A stretch of DNA of 64,000 nucleotides, from NCBI GenBank assembly GCA_964384235.1, contig CAYLJX010000003.1:72389-136388 (forward strand). Reading direction: 5' to 3'. A program made the position numbers and the translations under genes. Source of the DNA: an uncultured Bdellovibrionales bacterium (GTDB lineage Bacteria; Patescibacteriota; Minisyncoccia; Moranbacterales; UBA1568). Under the pieces are notes generated by a model. The model was not told the DNA's origin. It saw nothing but the letters and a program-made list of their open reading frames with translations, and searched no databases. This document shows, one piece after another, positions 33,747 to 47,985 of this stretch. The stretch's first letter is position 1; the number at the start of each line of letters is the position of its first letter.

Positions 33747-34727
33747 CTAGGGTTGTCTCCCATCTTTAGTGAATATCACGTCCTGTATCGCTCCTTTCTT
33801 TTCGGAAAGTGCCTTTGTTTCGCCATCGTTGAACTGGACAAGTGTCCGGCTACCGTCCTCCGACCCTATCTTGATCGTCTCTCCTGCCTCGAATGTCTTC
33901 TTGTCCTTGATCGGAAGGCTGCCACTGAATACCGTCACACCGTCCGCTTCGACCGTGATGCGCGCCGGTTTCTCCCGGGCTTCCACCACGATACGGAATT
34001 TCTCCTTGACTTCGCTCGGGGTTCCCGTGTTCTCTTGCGGCTTTTCGGGAATATACTTGGTCTCCACGGAAAGCGTCTCTCGTTTCTTCTTGTCGAAACG
34101 GTTGATGGCGACGACCGTGATACTGTTCAGTCCCGGCTGAAGGATGAGTTTTTCCGAGAACTCCCCTTCGCTTCCCACGAACACCGGCTGATCGTTGATG
34201 GAAAGCCGCACTCCCTTGTCGGTTTTCCCTTTGACCGTCACATCGCTCGTCTCGATCTGCGCGCCGCTCTGCGGTTCGAGGATGACAAGGCGCGGCGCGG
34301 CGGCGAAACTCTGGAACTCACGATAGAGATAAATGAAGGCTGAAGAGACCGAGAGCACGATAAGCACCATCACGACGGAGCGCGGCGTGATGACGACCGA
34401 AGAGATATCGAACCGCTTGGGATCGTTCGATCGGGACTCCTCATGCCCGAGATTGGCCCGGATATTCCGCTCCCGTTCGTAGAGCCTGATGAAGGCGTTC
34501 TCCTCGAGATTGAAGTAGCGCGCGTAGCTCCGCAGGAATCCGCGGACATAGACATCCGCGGGCAGTTTGTCATACTGTCCGTTTTCGAGATACTCGAGGT
34601 ATTTCGCCTGGATCTTGGTCGCCTTGGCGACATCCGTCAGACTGAGACGCAGGTCGCTTCGGAGCTTGCGAAGTTTCTCTCCGAGCGTCAGCGACGCGAC
34701 TTTCTTTCGTGTAAAACCTGAATCCAT
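33747..34727 (-). CDS. RodZ-like HTH membrane protein with Ig-like domain
   Basis: LGEKLRKLR..YLENGQYDKLP..YVRGFLRSYA HTH, one TM; downstream of ftsK. Confidence 0.85.
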   Translation of the reverse strand: MDSGFTRKKVASLTLGEKLRKLRSDLRLSLTDVAKATKIQAKYLEYLENGQYDKLPADVYVRGFLRSYARYFNLEENAFIRLYERERNIRANLGHEESRSNDPKRFDISSVVITPRSVVMVLIVLSVSSAFIYLYREFQSFAAAPRLVILEPQSGAQIETSDVTVKGKTDKGVRLSINDQPVFVGSEGEFSEKLILQPGLNSITVVAINRFDKKKRETLSVETKYIPEKPQENTGTPSEVKEKFRIVVEAREKPARITVEADGVTVFSGSLPIKDKKTFEAGETIKIGSEDGSRTLVQFNDGETKALSEKKGAIQDVIFTKDGRQP

Positions 34728-34736
34728 ACCCCCTTG

Positions 34737-37112
34737 TTACAGTTGCCATTTATCGCGGTCCTGCTGCTCGGTCACATGCGCGTCATCGTACTTTTCCGCA
34801 TCTTCCACATGCACGGGCGGTTTGCCGACGAGCACCTGCTTCTTGCCGTCTATCATCCCGACGATGCCGTTTTCTTCCATAAGGTGCATGAGACGCGCCG
34901 CCCGCGGATACCCGATACCGAGCGCCGTCTGAAGGGAAGTCGTCGACGCCTTTCCGCTCTGGACGATGATTTCCTTGGCCCGCTCATACATGTCGTCCTG
35001 CTCTGCCCCGTTGTCCACCGCATCAAGCGCCGCGGTGATATCGTCTTTTTCCTCGTCGCCGCCGAAGTCTTCTCCGATCTCGTCCTCACCGAGCTCTTCC
35101 TTCTGCGTGCGCCAGAACGCCGTCACGCGCTTCACTTCGTCATCGGAAGCAAAGACACCCTGGAGACGCTTCATCTCGGTGCCTTCAGCCGGAGCATAAA
35201 GCATATCGCCGTTTCCGAGGAGTTTCTCCGCTCCGCCGCTGTCGAGAATCGTACGCGAATCGATCTGGGTCGTCACCTGGAAAGCGACACGGGTCGGAAT
35301 GTTGGCCTTGATGAGGCCGGTGAGTACCTCGACGCTCGGCCGCTGCGTCGCGAGAACGAGGTGGATACCGATAGCGCGCGACATCTGCGCGAGGCGGATG
35401 ACGAGGGACTCCACTTCCTTGCCATGAGCTACCATGAGATCGGCCATCTCGTCGATGACGATGACGATGTACGGGAGGTTCTCGAGACGCTCTTCACGGA
35501 CGCGACCGGTCTCTTCATCGACGATGGTCTTACGCTCACCTTGGGCCAACCGCTCCCGGTAGGAGAGGAGGTCACGGGCATGCACCGATTCGAGTACCTT
35601 GTAGCGGCGTTCCATCTCCCCGACCGCCCAACGCAGGGTATTGACCACCTTTTTGTTTTCCACGATGACATCGGTCTTGAGATGCGGGATGCCTTTGTAC
35701 ACGGAGAGTTCGACGCGCTTCGGATCGACGAGGATGAGCTTGAGGTCTTCCGGAGAGTTCTGATAGAGGAGCGAGAGGAGGAGCGTGTTGATACAGACGC
35801 TCTTGCCGGAACCGGTACGTCCCGCGATAAGGAGGTGCGGCATCTTGCGCAGGTCGGCGAGGACGTGCTTGCCCGCGACATCCTGACCAAGGACGAGCGT
35901 AAGATCGGATTTGCGTTCCTTGAATTCCTTGCTCTCGAGGATGGCCTTAAGGCGCACCGTCGCGACGGACTTGTTGGGCACCTCGATACCGACGAGCGAC
36001 TGTCCCGGGATGGGAGCCTCGATACGGATCGACTGCGCCGCGAGCGCGAGCGCGAGGTCGTTACTGAGCGCGGTGATGCGTGAAAGCTTGACGCCGAAGG
36101 CCGGACGGAACGTGTACTGCGTCACGGTCGGACCGACCCGCACCTCACCCGGCTCCACCTGGATGCCGAAATACTTGAGCGTGTTCTGGATGACGTGCTT
36201 GTTACGCTCGGTGTCGCCTCCCACTCCCTGACCGGTTGTCGATTCCAGGAGATCCACCGAGGGAAGTTCCCAACGATAGGTCCTGCGGGGACGGCGCTTG
36301 CGCGGCTGCATGTAGACCGGCACATCCACCGTCTCGTCATCGGATGCCTCCTCCGCCTCTTCCGGCTTCGCATCCTCCCGGAACTCGATACTCCTGATAT
36401 TGTTCGCTTCCAGATCGTTCACCTTGCTCTCCTCGAGACTGGCTTGTTCCGTCGTGGCCGCTTCCGGAGTGAGCGCCGTAGCACGCACACCCTCCTCGAC
36501 GGAAGTAAGTGTCGGGGTTTCTTCTCCTTCTGTTTTTTCCTCCCCTACGGAACGCCGCTTGAGTTTCTCCTGCAGGCGCTCGAAAAAGTGCATGAGCGAG
36601 ACATTGAAGGCGGCGATCATGCCGATCGCAAAAAGCGCCAAAAGGATAAGCGTCGCCGCCACTCGCCCGGTGAAACCAAACAGTATCGAAGCGAACCCGA
36701 AACCGATGTATCCCCCGCCCTCACCGGCTCGCGCCACCTTGAGGAGCTCCTTGGTCGTGTCGCCCGTGTAGAGATGCAGGAGCCCGAGCACCGAAAAGAA
36801 CGCAAGGAGGAGACCGACGAACTTCACCGCATCAGCGAGCGTCGTCGTGCGGCGCTTGAGAAACATCACACCGGACACCAGAAGAAGGAGCGGGAAGAGC
36901 CACTTGCCATACCCTAAGAGCGCTCCGGAACCGGCGTCCAACCACTCGCCCAATGTTCCCGCCGTTTCAAAGAACGCCAGAAGAAACAGGAGCGCGAACA
37001 CGAACAAAAAAACCGCCGCGATGCTCCGTTTCGCGTCGCTGTGGAGAATATCCTCAAACTGGAAGCCGGATTCCTCCTCCGGCTCCTCGACTTTGCTTTT
37101 CTTCCGTCCCAT
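34737..37112 (-). CDS. ftsK: DNA translocase FtsK
   Basis: N-terminal TMs, MPHLLIAGRTGSGKS, IDEMADLM, ATQRPS, GAEKLLGNGDML, gamma domain. Confidence 0.98.
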   Translation of the reverse strand: MGRKKSKVEEPEEESGFQFEDILHSDAKRSIAAVFLFVFALLFLLAFFETAGTLGEWLDAGSGALLGYGKWLFPLLLLVSGVMFLKRRTTTLADAVKFVGLLLAFFSVLGLLHLYTGDTTKELLKVARAGEGGGYIGFGFASILFGFTGRVAATLILLALFAIGMIAAFNVSLMHFFERLQEKLKRRSVGEEKTEGEETPTLTSVEEGVRATALTPEAATTEQASLEESKVNDLEANNIRSIEFREDAKPEEAEEASDDETVDVPVYMQPRKRRPRRTYRWELPSVDLLESTTGQGVGGDTERNKHVIQNTLKYFGIQVEPGEVRVGPTVTQYTFRPAFGVKLSRITALSNDLALALAAQSIRIEAPIPGQSLVGIEVPNKSVATVRLKAILESKEFKERKSDLTLVLGQDVAGKHVLADLRKMPHLLIAGRTGSGKSVCINTLLLSLLYQNSPEDLKLILVDPKRVELSVYKGIPHLKTDVIVENKKVVNTLRWAVGEMERRYKVLESVHARDLLSYRERLAQGERKTIVDEETGRVREERLENLPYIVIVIDEMADLMVAHGKEVESLVIRLAQMSRAIGIHLVLATQRPSVEVLTGLIKANIPTRVAFQVTTQIDSRTILDSGGAEKLLGNGDMLYAPAEGTEMKRLQGVFASDDEVKRVTAFWRTQKEELGEDEIGEDFGGDEEKDDITAALDAVDNGAEQDDMYERAKEIIVQSGKASTTSLQTALGIGYPRAARLMHLMEENGIVGMIDGKKQVLVGKPPVHVEDAEKYDDAHVTEQQDRDKWQL

Positions 37113-37152
37113 ATGAAACCATTATATCACACGAAAGAATGCCTTTTCAAAA

Positions 37153-37183
37153 CAAAAACACCCTCGATGAGAGGGTGTTTTTG
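37153..37183. terminator. Terminator after rpoC
   Basis: CAAAAACACCCTC...GAGGGTGTTTTTG. Confidence 0.8.
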
Positions 37184-37197
37184 AAAGAGAAGTCTCT

Positions 37198-40100
37198 CTA
37201 TGCCTTTTCGCTCTCAAGGCCGCGGTAGCCGGTACCGGCGGGGATGAGACGTCCGATGATGACGTTCTCCTTGAGACCGCGCAAGCGGTCTTCCTTGCCG
37301 GAGACGGCGGCGTTGATGAGGACGCGGGCGGTCTCCATGAAGGACGCGGCGGAGAGGAACGATTCGGTCGAGAGGGCCACCTTGGTGATCCCGAGAACCA
37401 TCGACTCGCCGGTCGCTTCCGTGCCCTTCTTGGCGCGGGCCTCTTCGTTGGCTTCCTCGAACTGGTCGCGCTCGACGACGTCGCCGGGGAGGAGCATGGT
37501 GTTGCCCGGATCGAGGACGCGGATGCGGGAGAGCATCTGGCGGATGATGACTTCGATGTGCTTGTCGTTGATGCCTTCACCCTGGCTCGCGTAGATCTCC
37601 TCGATCTCGCGGATGATGTAGCGGTGCACCGCTTCCTGGCCCATCACCTCGTAGAGTTTCTTCAGGTCGATGTGACCTTCGGAAAGGATGGAACCGACAC
37701 CGACGAGATCACCTTCCTTGACTTTGAGCGCGACGTTCTGCGGCACCTGGTACTCGTGCTCGGTCTTCTTGTTGTCGACCACCTTGATCTTGACGACCTT
37801 GGCGGAATCCTTGGCGATGGAGGTCACCTGTCCGTCCACCTCGGAGAGGATGGCTTCGGTCTTCGGATTACGGGCCTCGAAAATCTCTTCGACACGAGGC
37901 AAACCCTGAGTGATATCGGAACCGGCCACACCACCGATATGGAACGTACGCATGGTGAGCTGTGTACCCGGTTCACCGATGGCCTGCGCGGCGACGACAC
38001 CGACGGAGGCGCCGAGCTCGACCAAGGCATTGCGACCGAGGTCGACACCGTAACAGATGCGGCAGACACCGCGGCGGGACTTGCAGGTGACGAGGGTGCG
38101 GATCTTGACTCTGGTGACGCTCTTGTCGTTCTCAATGGCCTTGGCTTCTTCCTTGGTGATGAGCGTGCCCTTCTTGACGAGGGTTTCCTTGGCTTCGTTC
38201 TTGACGGCTTCGACGGTGACACGACCCTCGACACGGGCGGCAAAGCTTGCGCCGATGGCGTCGGAATCCTCACGGTAGAGGTAGGCACCTTCGGTATCGG
38301 CACAGTCCTCGTCGCGGACGATGATGTCCTGGGCCACGTCGACAAGACGGCGGGTGAGATAACCGGCGGTCGCGGTACGGAGCGCGGTATCCGCCATACC
38401 CTTGCGGGCGCCGTGGGTCGAGATGAAGTACTCGAGAACGTTGAAGCCTTCCTTGAAGGAGCTCTTGACCGGGAGCTCGATGGTCTCTCCGGTCGGTCCG
38501 GCCATGAGACCCTTCATACCGGTCATCTGCACGACGACGGATTCGGAACCACGGGCCTTGGAATAGACCATGGAGTAGACCGGGCCTTCCTTGTCGAGCG
38601 TCTCACGCACCGCATCGGTGATCTTGTTCTTGGTGTCGTTCCAGATCTCGATGACGCGGTTCTTGCGCTCGTCGTTGGTGAGGAGACCCATGTTGTACTG
38701 ATTCTTCACCTCGGCGACATGACCTTCGGCTTCGACGATGAGTTCCTGCTTGACCGACGGCACGACGAGGTCGTCCATGCCCCAGCTGAGACCGGACTTG
38801 GAAACGGAACGGAAGGCGAGGTCCTTGAGCCGGTCGGCGAAGCGGGCGGCTTCGTCCTGACCACGGGTCGTGAGGATGCGACTCATGAGGACGCGGAGGT
38901 TCTTCTTGACCATCTCCTCGTTCACGAAGCGCAGGTCTTCCGGAAGGATGTCATTGAGGAGGATACGACCGACGGACGTCTCGATGAGCGTACCCTGGTA
39001 GGAGAGCTTGATCGCGACGTTGACATCGACGAGTCCGTTCTGGTAGGCGAGGATGGCTTCGTCCATGGTACCGAACGCCTTCCCCTGTCCCTTGCCTTCC
39101 GGTTTGATGTGGGTGAGATAGTAGGCACCGAGCACCATGTCGAGACGCGCCGACACGATCGGTTCGCCCGAGGCAGGCTTCAAGAGGTTCTTGGACGAGA
39201 GCATGATGTTGGCGCTCTCTTCGCGGGCCTGATCGGTGAGCGGCACGTGGACGGCCATCTGGTCACCGTCGAAGTCGGCGTTGAAGGCCTCACACACCAT
39301 CGGGTGGAGACGGATGGCCTTGCCTTCGATGAGGACCGGCTGGAACGCCTGTATGGAGAGACGGTGGAGGGTCGGGGCGCGGTTGAGGAGCACGTAGTGG
39401 TGCTCGATGATCTCGTCGAGGATCTCATAAGCCTCTTCGGTCTCGGCATCGACCATGCGGCCGGCGGTGCGGACGTTGTGGGCGTGCTCCTTCTCGATGA
39501 GCTTGTTGATGATGAAGGGCTTGAAGAGTTCGAGGGCCATCTTCTTCGGGAGACCACACTGATGCAGCTTGAGCTTGGGACCCACGACGATCACGGAACG
39601 ACCGGAGTAGTCCACGCGCTTGCCGAGGAGGTTCTGGCGGAAACGACCCTGCTTGCCCTTGAGGGCGTCGGCGAGGGAACGGAGCGCCCGGCGCTGACCG
39701 GTCGACGCGGCGGTCGAGGCCTGGCCGCGACGGGCCGAGTTGTCGAAGAGGGCGTCCACTGCTTCCTGGAGCATGCGCTTCTCGTTTCTCGTGATGACTT
39801 CCGGCGCACCGATAGCCATCAGTTTCTTGAGACGGTTGTTGCGGTTGATGATGCGGCGGTAGAGGTCGTTCAAGTCAGAGGTCGCGAAACGTCCACCGTC
39901 GAGAGCCACCATCGGACGAAGGTCCGGCGGAATGACCGGTACGGCAGTCGGGAGCATCCACTCGAGACGAAGACTGGCCTTCTCGAAGCCTTGGTAGACC
40001 TTGAGACGCTGGAGGAGCTTCTTCTGGTCGAGCGATTCGCTCTCGGTGAGCTCCTCGCGGAGCTTCTCGAGCTGCGCCTTGATATCGATCTTCTCGAGGA

Positions 40101-40788
40101 TCTTGCGGATGGCCTCGGCACCGATGCCGGCGGTAAAGATCTGCCCGAAGCGCGAGGAGAGGTTGAAGTACTCCACTTCCGAGAGGATCTGGTAGGGACG
40201 GAGGTTCTTGATCTCTTCCTTGGTGCCACGATACTGGTCCTTGAGCTCCTCGAGGAGTTTCTCGGTGACTTTCTCGTTCTTCTCACCGGCCTTCACTTCC
40301 TTCTGCTTGCCCTTGTATTCCTTTTCGAGGGATTCGAGAGACTGGACCTTCAGCTCCTCGTTGACATCCATGATGATGTACGAGGAGAAGTAGATGACGC
40401 GCTCGAGCTCCTGCGGCGAGATGCCGAGGACGAGACCGATCTTGCTCGGCACGCCGCGGAGGAACCAGATGTGCGATACCGGTGTGGCGAGCTTGATATG
40501 GCCCATGCGCTCGCGACGGACGATGGCACGGGTCACTTCGACGCCGCACTTGTCGCAGACGATGCCCTGATAGCGGATGCGCTTGTACTTGCCGCAGTAG
40601 CACTCCCAGTCCTTGGAAGGACCGAAGATCTTCTCACAGAAGAGACCGTCCGGCTCGTAGCGCTGGGTGCGGTAGTTGATGGTTTCCGGCTTGGTGACTT
40701 CGCCGTGGGACCACTCCATGATCTGGTCGGGGCTCGCGAGGGTGAGTTTCACGCTGTCGAAGTCGCTCACTTTCGTAATGTTTTCCAT
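37198..40788 (-). CDS. rpoC: RNA polymerase beta' subunit
   Basis: [36 protein letters not shown]. Confidence 0.99.
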   Translation of the reverse strand: MENITKVSDFDSVKLTLASPDQIMEWSHGEVTKPETINYRTQRYEPDGLFCEKIFGPSKDWECYCGKYKRIRYQGIVCDKCGVEVTRAIVRRERMGHIKLATPVSHIWFLRGVPSKIGLVLGISPQELERVIYFSSYIIMDVNEELKVQSLESLEKEYKGKQKEVKAGEKNEKVTEKLLEELKDQYRGTKEEIKNLRPYQILSEVEYFNLSSRFGQIFTAGIGAEAIRKILEKIDIKAQLEKLREELTESESLDQKKLLQRLKVYQGFEKASLRLEWMLPTAVPVIPPDLRPMVALDGGRFATSDLNDLYRRIINRNNRLKKLMAIGAPEVITRNEKRMLQEAVDALFDNSARRGQASTAASTGQRRALRSLADALKGKQGRFRQNLLGKRVDYSGRSVIVVGPKLKLHQCGLPKKMALELFKPFIINKLIEKEHAHNVRTAGRMVDAETEEAYEILDEIIEHHYVLLNRAPTLHRLSIQAFQPVLIEGKAIRLHPMVCEAFNADFDGDQMAVHVPLTDQAREESANIMLSSKNLLKPASGEPIVSARLDMVLGAYYLTHIKPEGKGQGKAFGTMDEAILAYQNGLVDVNVAIKLSYQGTLIETSVGRILLNDILPEDLRFVNEEMVKKNLRVLMSRILTTRGQDEAARFADRLKDLAFRSVSKSGLSWGMDDLVVPSVKQELIVEAEGHVAEVKNQYNMGLLTNDERKNRVIEIWNDTKNKITDAVRETLDKEGPVYSMVYSKARGSESVVVQMTGMKGLMAGPTGETIELPVKSSFKEGFNVLEYFISTHGARKGMADTALRTATAGYLTRRLVDVAQDIIVRDEDCADTEGAYLYREDSDAIGASFAARVEGRVTVEAVKNEAKETLVKKGTLITKEEAKAIENDKSVTRVKIRTLVTCKSRRGVCRICYGVDLGRNALVELGASVGVVAAQAIGEPGTQLTMRTFHIGGVAGSDITQGLPRVEEIFEARNPKTEAILSEVDGQVTSIAKDSAKVVKIKVVDNKKTEHEYQVPQNVALKVKEGDLVGVGSILSEGHIDLKKLYEVMGQEAVHRYIIREIEEIYASQGEGINDKHIEVIIRQMLSRIRVLDPGNTMLLPGDVVERDQFEEANEEARAKKGTEATGESMVLGITKVALSTESFLSAASFMETARVLINAAVSGKEDRLRGLKENVIIGRLIPAGTGYRGLESEKA

Positions 40789-40883
40789 ATGATTTGACTA
40801 ACAACTTACAACTGACGACTTACAACAGATGCATCTGTTCAGTTTTCTTGGTTGTCGGTTGTTCGTTGTTCGTTGTTAGTTGA

Positions 40884-44288
<3,405 letters not shown>

Positions 44289-44490
44289 AAAAAGACACTC
44301 ATATGCGCACTCCTTGCTTCAGGCGAAGACGAAACAAGTAGGGCCGATGAGATGAGCGGATTAATCTATTTGATTGTGGAGGAAGCGTGTCTCTTCTCCA
44401 TTCCCAATGAAAAATTTTGGAAACTAAGGGAATTTTTCTTGACCTTCCCGCTTCACCCGTATTTGAAGGCGAGAAAGTCGGTTTTTTTCA

Positions 44491-44536
44491 TTCTTCGATA
44501 AGACTTTAGGATCACTCCGAGTCCTGTCGAAGAGTC
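44491..44536. repeat. CTTCGAC...CTCAG-type REP-like palindromes (family D)
   Basis: Minus strand GACTCTTCGACAGGACTCGGAGTG; related copies at 28083-28102, 47252-47276, 48536-48593. Confidence 0.6.
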
Positions 44537-44717
44537 AAAAGAAGCAAAATCGATTGTACCAGCGCAAAAAATTTCTGTCAAATGAAAACCAAAAAATGGC
44601 TCTAAAAAGCCGCTACGTCAAAAATGTCTGTTCGTTTGAAAGCGAAGCACATGCAAGGAAATACTTTTTCTTCTTTTCCTTAAAGAAGCGTCGCGAAAGT
44701 TGGAAACTCGGGAAGAA

Positions 44718-44993
44718 CTATTTGAGAGACACACCGAAAGTATACACCTTCTGGACCGTTTCGGCAATACGCCTGGAAGTGGAGAACTCCGGCAAGTCGG
44801 ACATCACTTGGAAATCAGTGATATCTTCCGCTTTCAATCCCTGCTCCCGCAGCACCTCATCGATCGCCTCGAACAGTTTCTTCCCCATATCGCGCGACTC
44901 GGGCCACTCCTTGCTCGCTACTTCCTTGCTCTCATGAAAAAGTGAGAGTTTTGATTTTTCTTTTCCAACGGTGAGTTCAAATACGTACGTCAT
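44718..44993 (-). CDS. Short TsaB-like protein (N-terminal half only)
   Basis: LFEAIDEVLREQGLKAEDITDF...STSRRIA resembles TsaB L.P.ID.LL...GL...DI...SFTGLRIG. Confidence 0.55.
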   Translation of the reverse strand: MTYVFELTVGKEKSKLSLFHESKEVASKEWPESRDMGKKLFEAIDEVLREQGLKAEDITDFQVMSDLPEFSTSRRIAETVQKVYTFGVSLK

Positions 44994-44999
44994 AGAAAA

Positions 45000-45770
45000 T
45001 CATTTCAAACGTTTCCAATCGAAATTCCACGGGTCGGTCTTGCGGCCGGGAGCGATGTCGGTGTGACCGACGACATGCTTGATCGGATACTGTTTCTTGA
45101 GGGAAGCAATGAGCGCGTTCACGGCCGTGTACTCTGCATCGGTATACTTCCCCTCCATCGTGTTCATGAGCTCGATACCGATGGAGAAATCATTGACATT
45201 GGTGCGGCCGTCCGGCATCTTGCTCGTCCCGGCATGATAGGCGACGTTTTGGTCCGCGACCAGACGGTAGACTCCCCCCTCGCGATCGATGAGGTAGTGG
45301 GCGCTCACGCCGTATTCCTTGTACTCGTCGATGAGTTTCGATACGGAGTACGGGTCGCCGCCAAGGGCGTTGTACGACGAGTGCAGCACCACCGTGTCGA
45401 TGCTCCGTGCTTTCTTGGGTACCGAGTATCCGAAGCCCACCAGGCGATCTACAATCGTGAAACTACTGTCTTTCGTCTCCGTCTTCGCGGGTTCGGGAGC
45501 AGGAGTCGGAGCTATTGAAGGAGTCGGCTCTGACACTTTCTCCTTTACCGACACGTCCAGCTTCTTGGGTACTTCCCTATTTTCAGAGGAAGCCTTTTCT
45601 TCCTCTTGAGGACTCACCGCCTCCTGCGGCACTTCTTCCTGCTTCGGTTCTGCGATCACCGGATTGGCATACGTCTGCGTCTTCGCCTTATCCTTCTGGA
45701 CAAAGAAAAAAACTCCTCCTCCCCCGAGAAGCACCACGACCAATACACCAAAAAATATCCCCTTGTTCAT
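45000..45770 (-). CDS. N-acetylmuramoyl-L-alanine amidase (Amidase_2/AmpD-like), membrane anchored
   Basis: VVLHS, VSAHYLIDR.G, AYHAG, N.FSIGIEL, GHTDIAPGRKTDP. Confidence 0.95.
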   Translation of the reverse strand: MNKGIFFGVLVVVLLGGGGVFFFVQKDKAKTQTYANPVIAEPKQEEVPQEAVSPQEEEKASSENREVPKKLDVSVKEKVSEPTPSIAPTPAPEPAKTETKDSSFTIVDRLVGFGYSVPKKARSIDTVVLHSSYNALGGDPYSVSKLIDEYKEYGVSAHYLIDREGGVYRLVADQNVAYHAGTSKMPDGRTNVNDFSIGIELMNTMEGKYTDAEYTAVNALIASLKKQYPIKHVVGHTDIAPGRKTDPWNFDWKRLK

Positions 45771-45799
45771 GATTTGTATTATACCACCCTCCTTTCTTT

Positions 45800-45826
45800 G
45801 TCATCCCCGCGGAGGCGGGGATCCAG
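45800..45826. repeat. REP-like palindrome
   Basis: GTCATCCCCGC-GGAG-GCGGGGATCCAG. Confidence 0.65.
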
Positions 45827-45869
45827 GCATCACCAATGTTCAATATCCTTTTTACTAAGGTTAGTGGAA

Positions 45870-45936
45870 CCTACCTGCCGGTAGACAGGAAAACGAAAGC
45901 AAATTTTCATTTCACTCGCTACGCGTTGGGTAATAA
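45870..45936. repeat. Short palindrome CCTACCTGCCGGTAGACAGG joined to a partial family C copy
   Basis: Imperfect palindrome followed by AAACGAAAG...TTTCA.TCGCTACG...GGTAATAAAA. Confidence 0.6.
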
Positions 45937-45995
45937 AAAAAAACGGCCCCCGACTTGTCATACTGACCAAGCCAGAGGCCTTCATGGACGTTGCC

Positions 45996-47039
45996 CTACT
46001 TCTTGACGAATCCCGTGCGCCTGTAATGTCCCTCAATGAGGCTTTCGACATCAACCCCTGCCCCCCTCAATATCTCGAGATGACTACGAAGATAGTGACG
46101 CACCGGGGTGCCGAGCCGTTGCCTGGCAATCCGATCAGCGAAGTACACGAACTCGAGTGAGTTCAGCAGATTACGCACCGTCTGCTCCGCACTCTCCTCT
46201 GTCAGCTTTTCCAGCGGCTCTGCCAGACCGAGGTCAACGAGCAACTGCCACACCCGCGCCACACTTTCATACTTGTGCTTCAGTTCTTCCACGGCCGGCG
46301 GCAAGATCTCGGTAAACAACATTCCGAAGTTCATACTGGTGCCGAGAACCTCCCTGATCCGCTCGAACGCCTCCAACGCACGAAAGGCCTCTTGCTGTTC
46401 AGTCTTGTACTGATTGACAAACTTCATTGCTCGGGCCTGCAGACTCATGTTCTCTCCCAGCTCGTCCGGAGGTGGCATAGGAATCTTGTCTCCCGGCTCG
46501 CCTAGAAGCGGCATGAGGATCTTGAACGCAGCTTCTACTGACTCCCCCTCCTTCTGCTTCACCGCCGCCGCCTTAACCTGGTCGGGCGTAGCATCACCGG
46601 TAAGATACCGGCAGAGAAGGTTCGAGTCGGCCACATGATATCCCTTTCCATGCGACCAATCTTTGTAGACCTCGCCGTCGATAATCACATAAACACCCTC
46701 AGCACTACACTGACCGATTCGGCCATCCGGAGCAATCCAGAGCTCATAGTCTTTGACGTAGAACTTCCCTTCGGAATCTTGGAAGACACCAAGGGGCAGG
46801 CCGACCCAGATGAGAAACTTTCCGTGTCGATCCGTCAGTCGGACCGTCACGAAAACGACACCGGGTTTGTCGGGATGTATCGTGAAGTAGTGTGTCTGCT
46901 CTCCCAGGGCCAGGCTCGTCGGAACAGTTGTTGCCTGTAATACGATCGCATCAGAACTCCCAGGTTTTGTTGAAACGACGATACCCTCACCGGATTGAGC
47001 ATGGTTGGGCCCCACAAACAATACCTTGTTCGGTAACAT
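45996..47039 (-). CDS. Hypothetical protein
   Basis: 347 aa ORF with AGGAAGGAG SD; no recognised motif. Confidence 0.75.
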   Translation of the reverse strand: MLPNKVLFVGPNHAQSGEGIVVSTKPGSSDAIVLQATTVPTSLALGEQTHYFTIHPDKPGVVFVTVRLTDRHGKFLIWVGLPLGVFQDSEGKFYVKDYELWIAPDGRIGQCSAEGVYVIIDGEVYKDWSHGKGYHVADSNLLCRYLTGDATPDQVKAAAVKQKEGESVEAAFKILMPLLGEPGDKIPMPPPDELGENMSLQARAMKFVNQYKTEQQEAFRALEAFERIREVLGTSMNFGMLFTEILPPAVEELKHKYESVARVWQLLVDLGLAEPLEKLTEESAEQTVRNLLNSLEFVYFADRIARQRLGTPVRHYLRSHLEILRGAGVDVESLIEGHYRRTGFVKK

Positions 47040-47273
47040 GACGCTTTACTCCTTCCTTGAAAGGAACGATCGGTACCCGCGGCGCGGTATACCTCAGCAA
47101 TATCCTCTCCCATTGCCGTACAGGGAGGCTTGTTCCAAGCAAAAAATCCACTTGGAACACAGCTTTTCATTATACACCAATTTCATCGTCACGTCAATAC
47201 CGGTCGAACATCAGAAAACCCACCTTGGGAGCGGGTTTTGTTACGCTGTGATGACTCTTCGGCAAGCTCAGAG

Positions 47274-47519
47274 TCACTTTTTCTTTTTGCCTCCGAGGAG
47301 CAGCGCGGCGGCGGCACCGAGAGCGGCACCGATACCGGCCGAGATCATGGCGGCCTTTTCCGGATTCTTCTTCACGAAGTCTTCGGTCTGCTTGAGCATC
47401 GTATCGACATGCTTCTTCATCTTGACGAGTTCCATCTCCGCCTGCTTCCGGCTCTTCTCGAGATTCTTCATCACCGTTTCTTTCACTTCTTCGACAGTCG
47501 TCTTCTTCTTGCTGGCCAT
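47274..47519 (-). CDS. DUF883/ElaB-YqjD-like tail-anchored protein
   Basis: EDFVKKNPEKAAMISAGIGAALG C-terminal TM motif. Confidence 0.8.
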   Translation of the reverse strand: MASKKKTTVEEVKETVMKNLEKSRKQAEMELVKMKKHVDTMLKQTEDFVKKNPEKAAMISAGIGAALGAAAALLLGGKKKK

Positions 47520-47536
47520 ATCTTTGATTTGTTTAA

Positions 47537-47863
47537 TTACTTACGAGTAAACATATACAGTACGAGACTGAGGAGCAAAATGACAATCCCCATGAGCGCC
47601 TCACCCGCGCCCGGCATCTGTAGGATGGCCGAGAACAGCCGCGAGAGTCCGACCAGGAGAAACGCGATCCCAAGAAACGCGAGGAACACAATGAACGCCT
47701 GTTTCGCGAGACGTGAGGCGATCGCCTGCACCGCCTCCTCGATGCTCTCCACGGCTCCGCTCACGAACGACTGGATGCTCCCGAAGATACCGTCGAGGAG
47801 ATACGAGATCCAGAGGTGACCGTTCTCGGTCTTGCGTGTCCGGGTTGTCTTTTTCTCTTCCAT
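47537..47863 (-). CDS. YqjE/holin-like 2-TM protein
   Basis: Two C-terminal TM helices; adjacent to DUF883-like gene. Confidence 0.6.
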   Translation of the reverse strand: MEEKKTTRTRKTENGHLWISYLLDGIFGSIQSFVSGAVESIEEAVQAIASRLAKQAFIVFLAFLGIAFLLVGLSRLFSAILQMPGAGEALMGIVILLLSLVLYMFTRK

Positions 47864-47985
47864 GGATGTTGGTTTTTCCTCTGTAAAAAATTATACCACG
47901 TCTCCTCTGTTCCGCAATCTTGCAATCATCTTATTTCCCGTGCTATCAAACAACTCAGGAGGCTTATCTTTTTTTCCAGGTTGAC

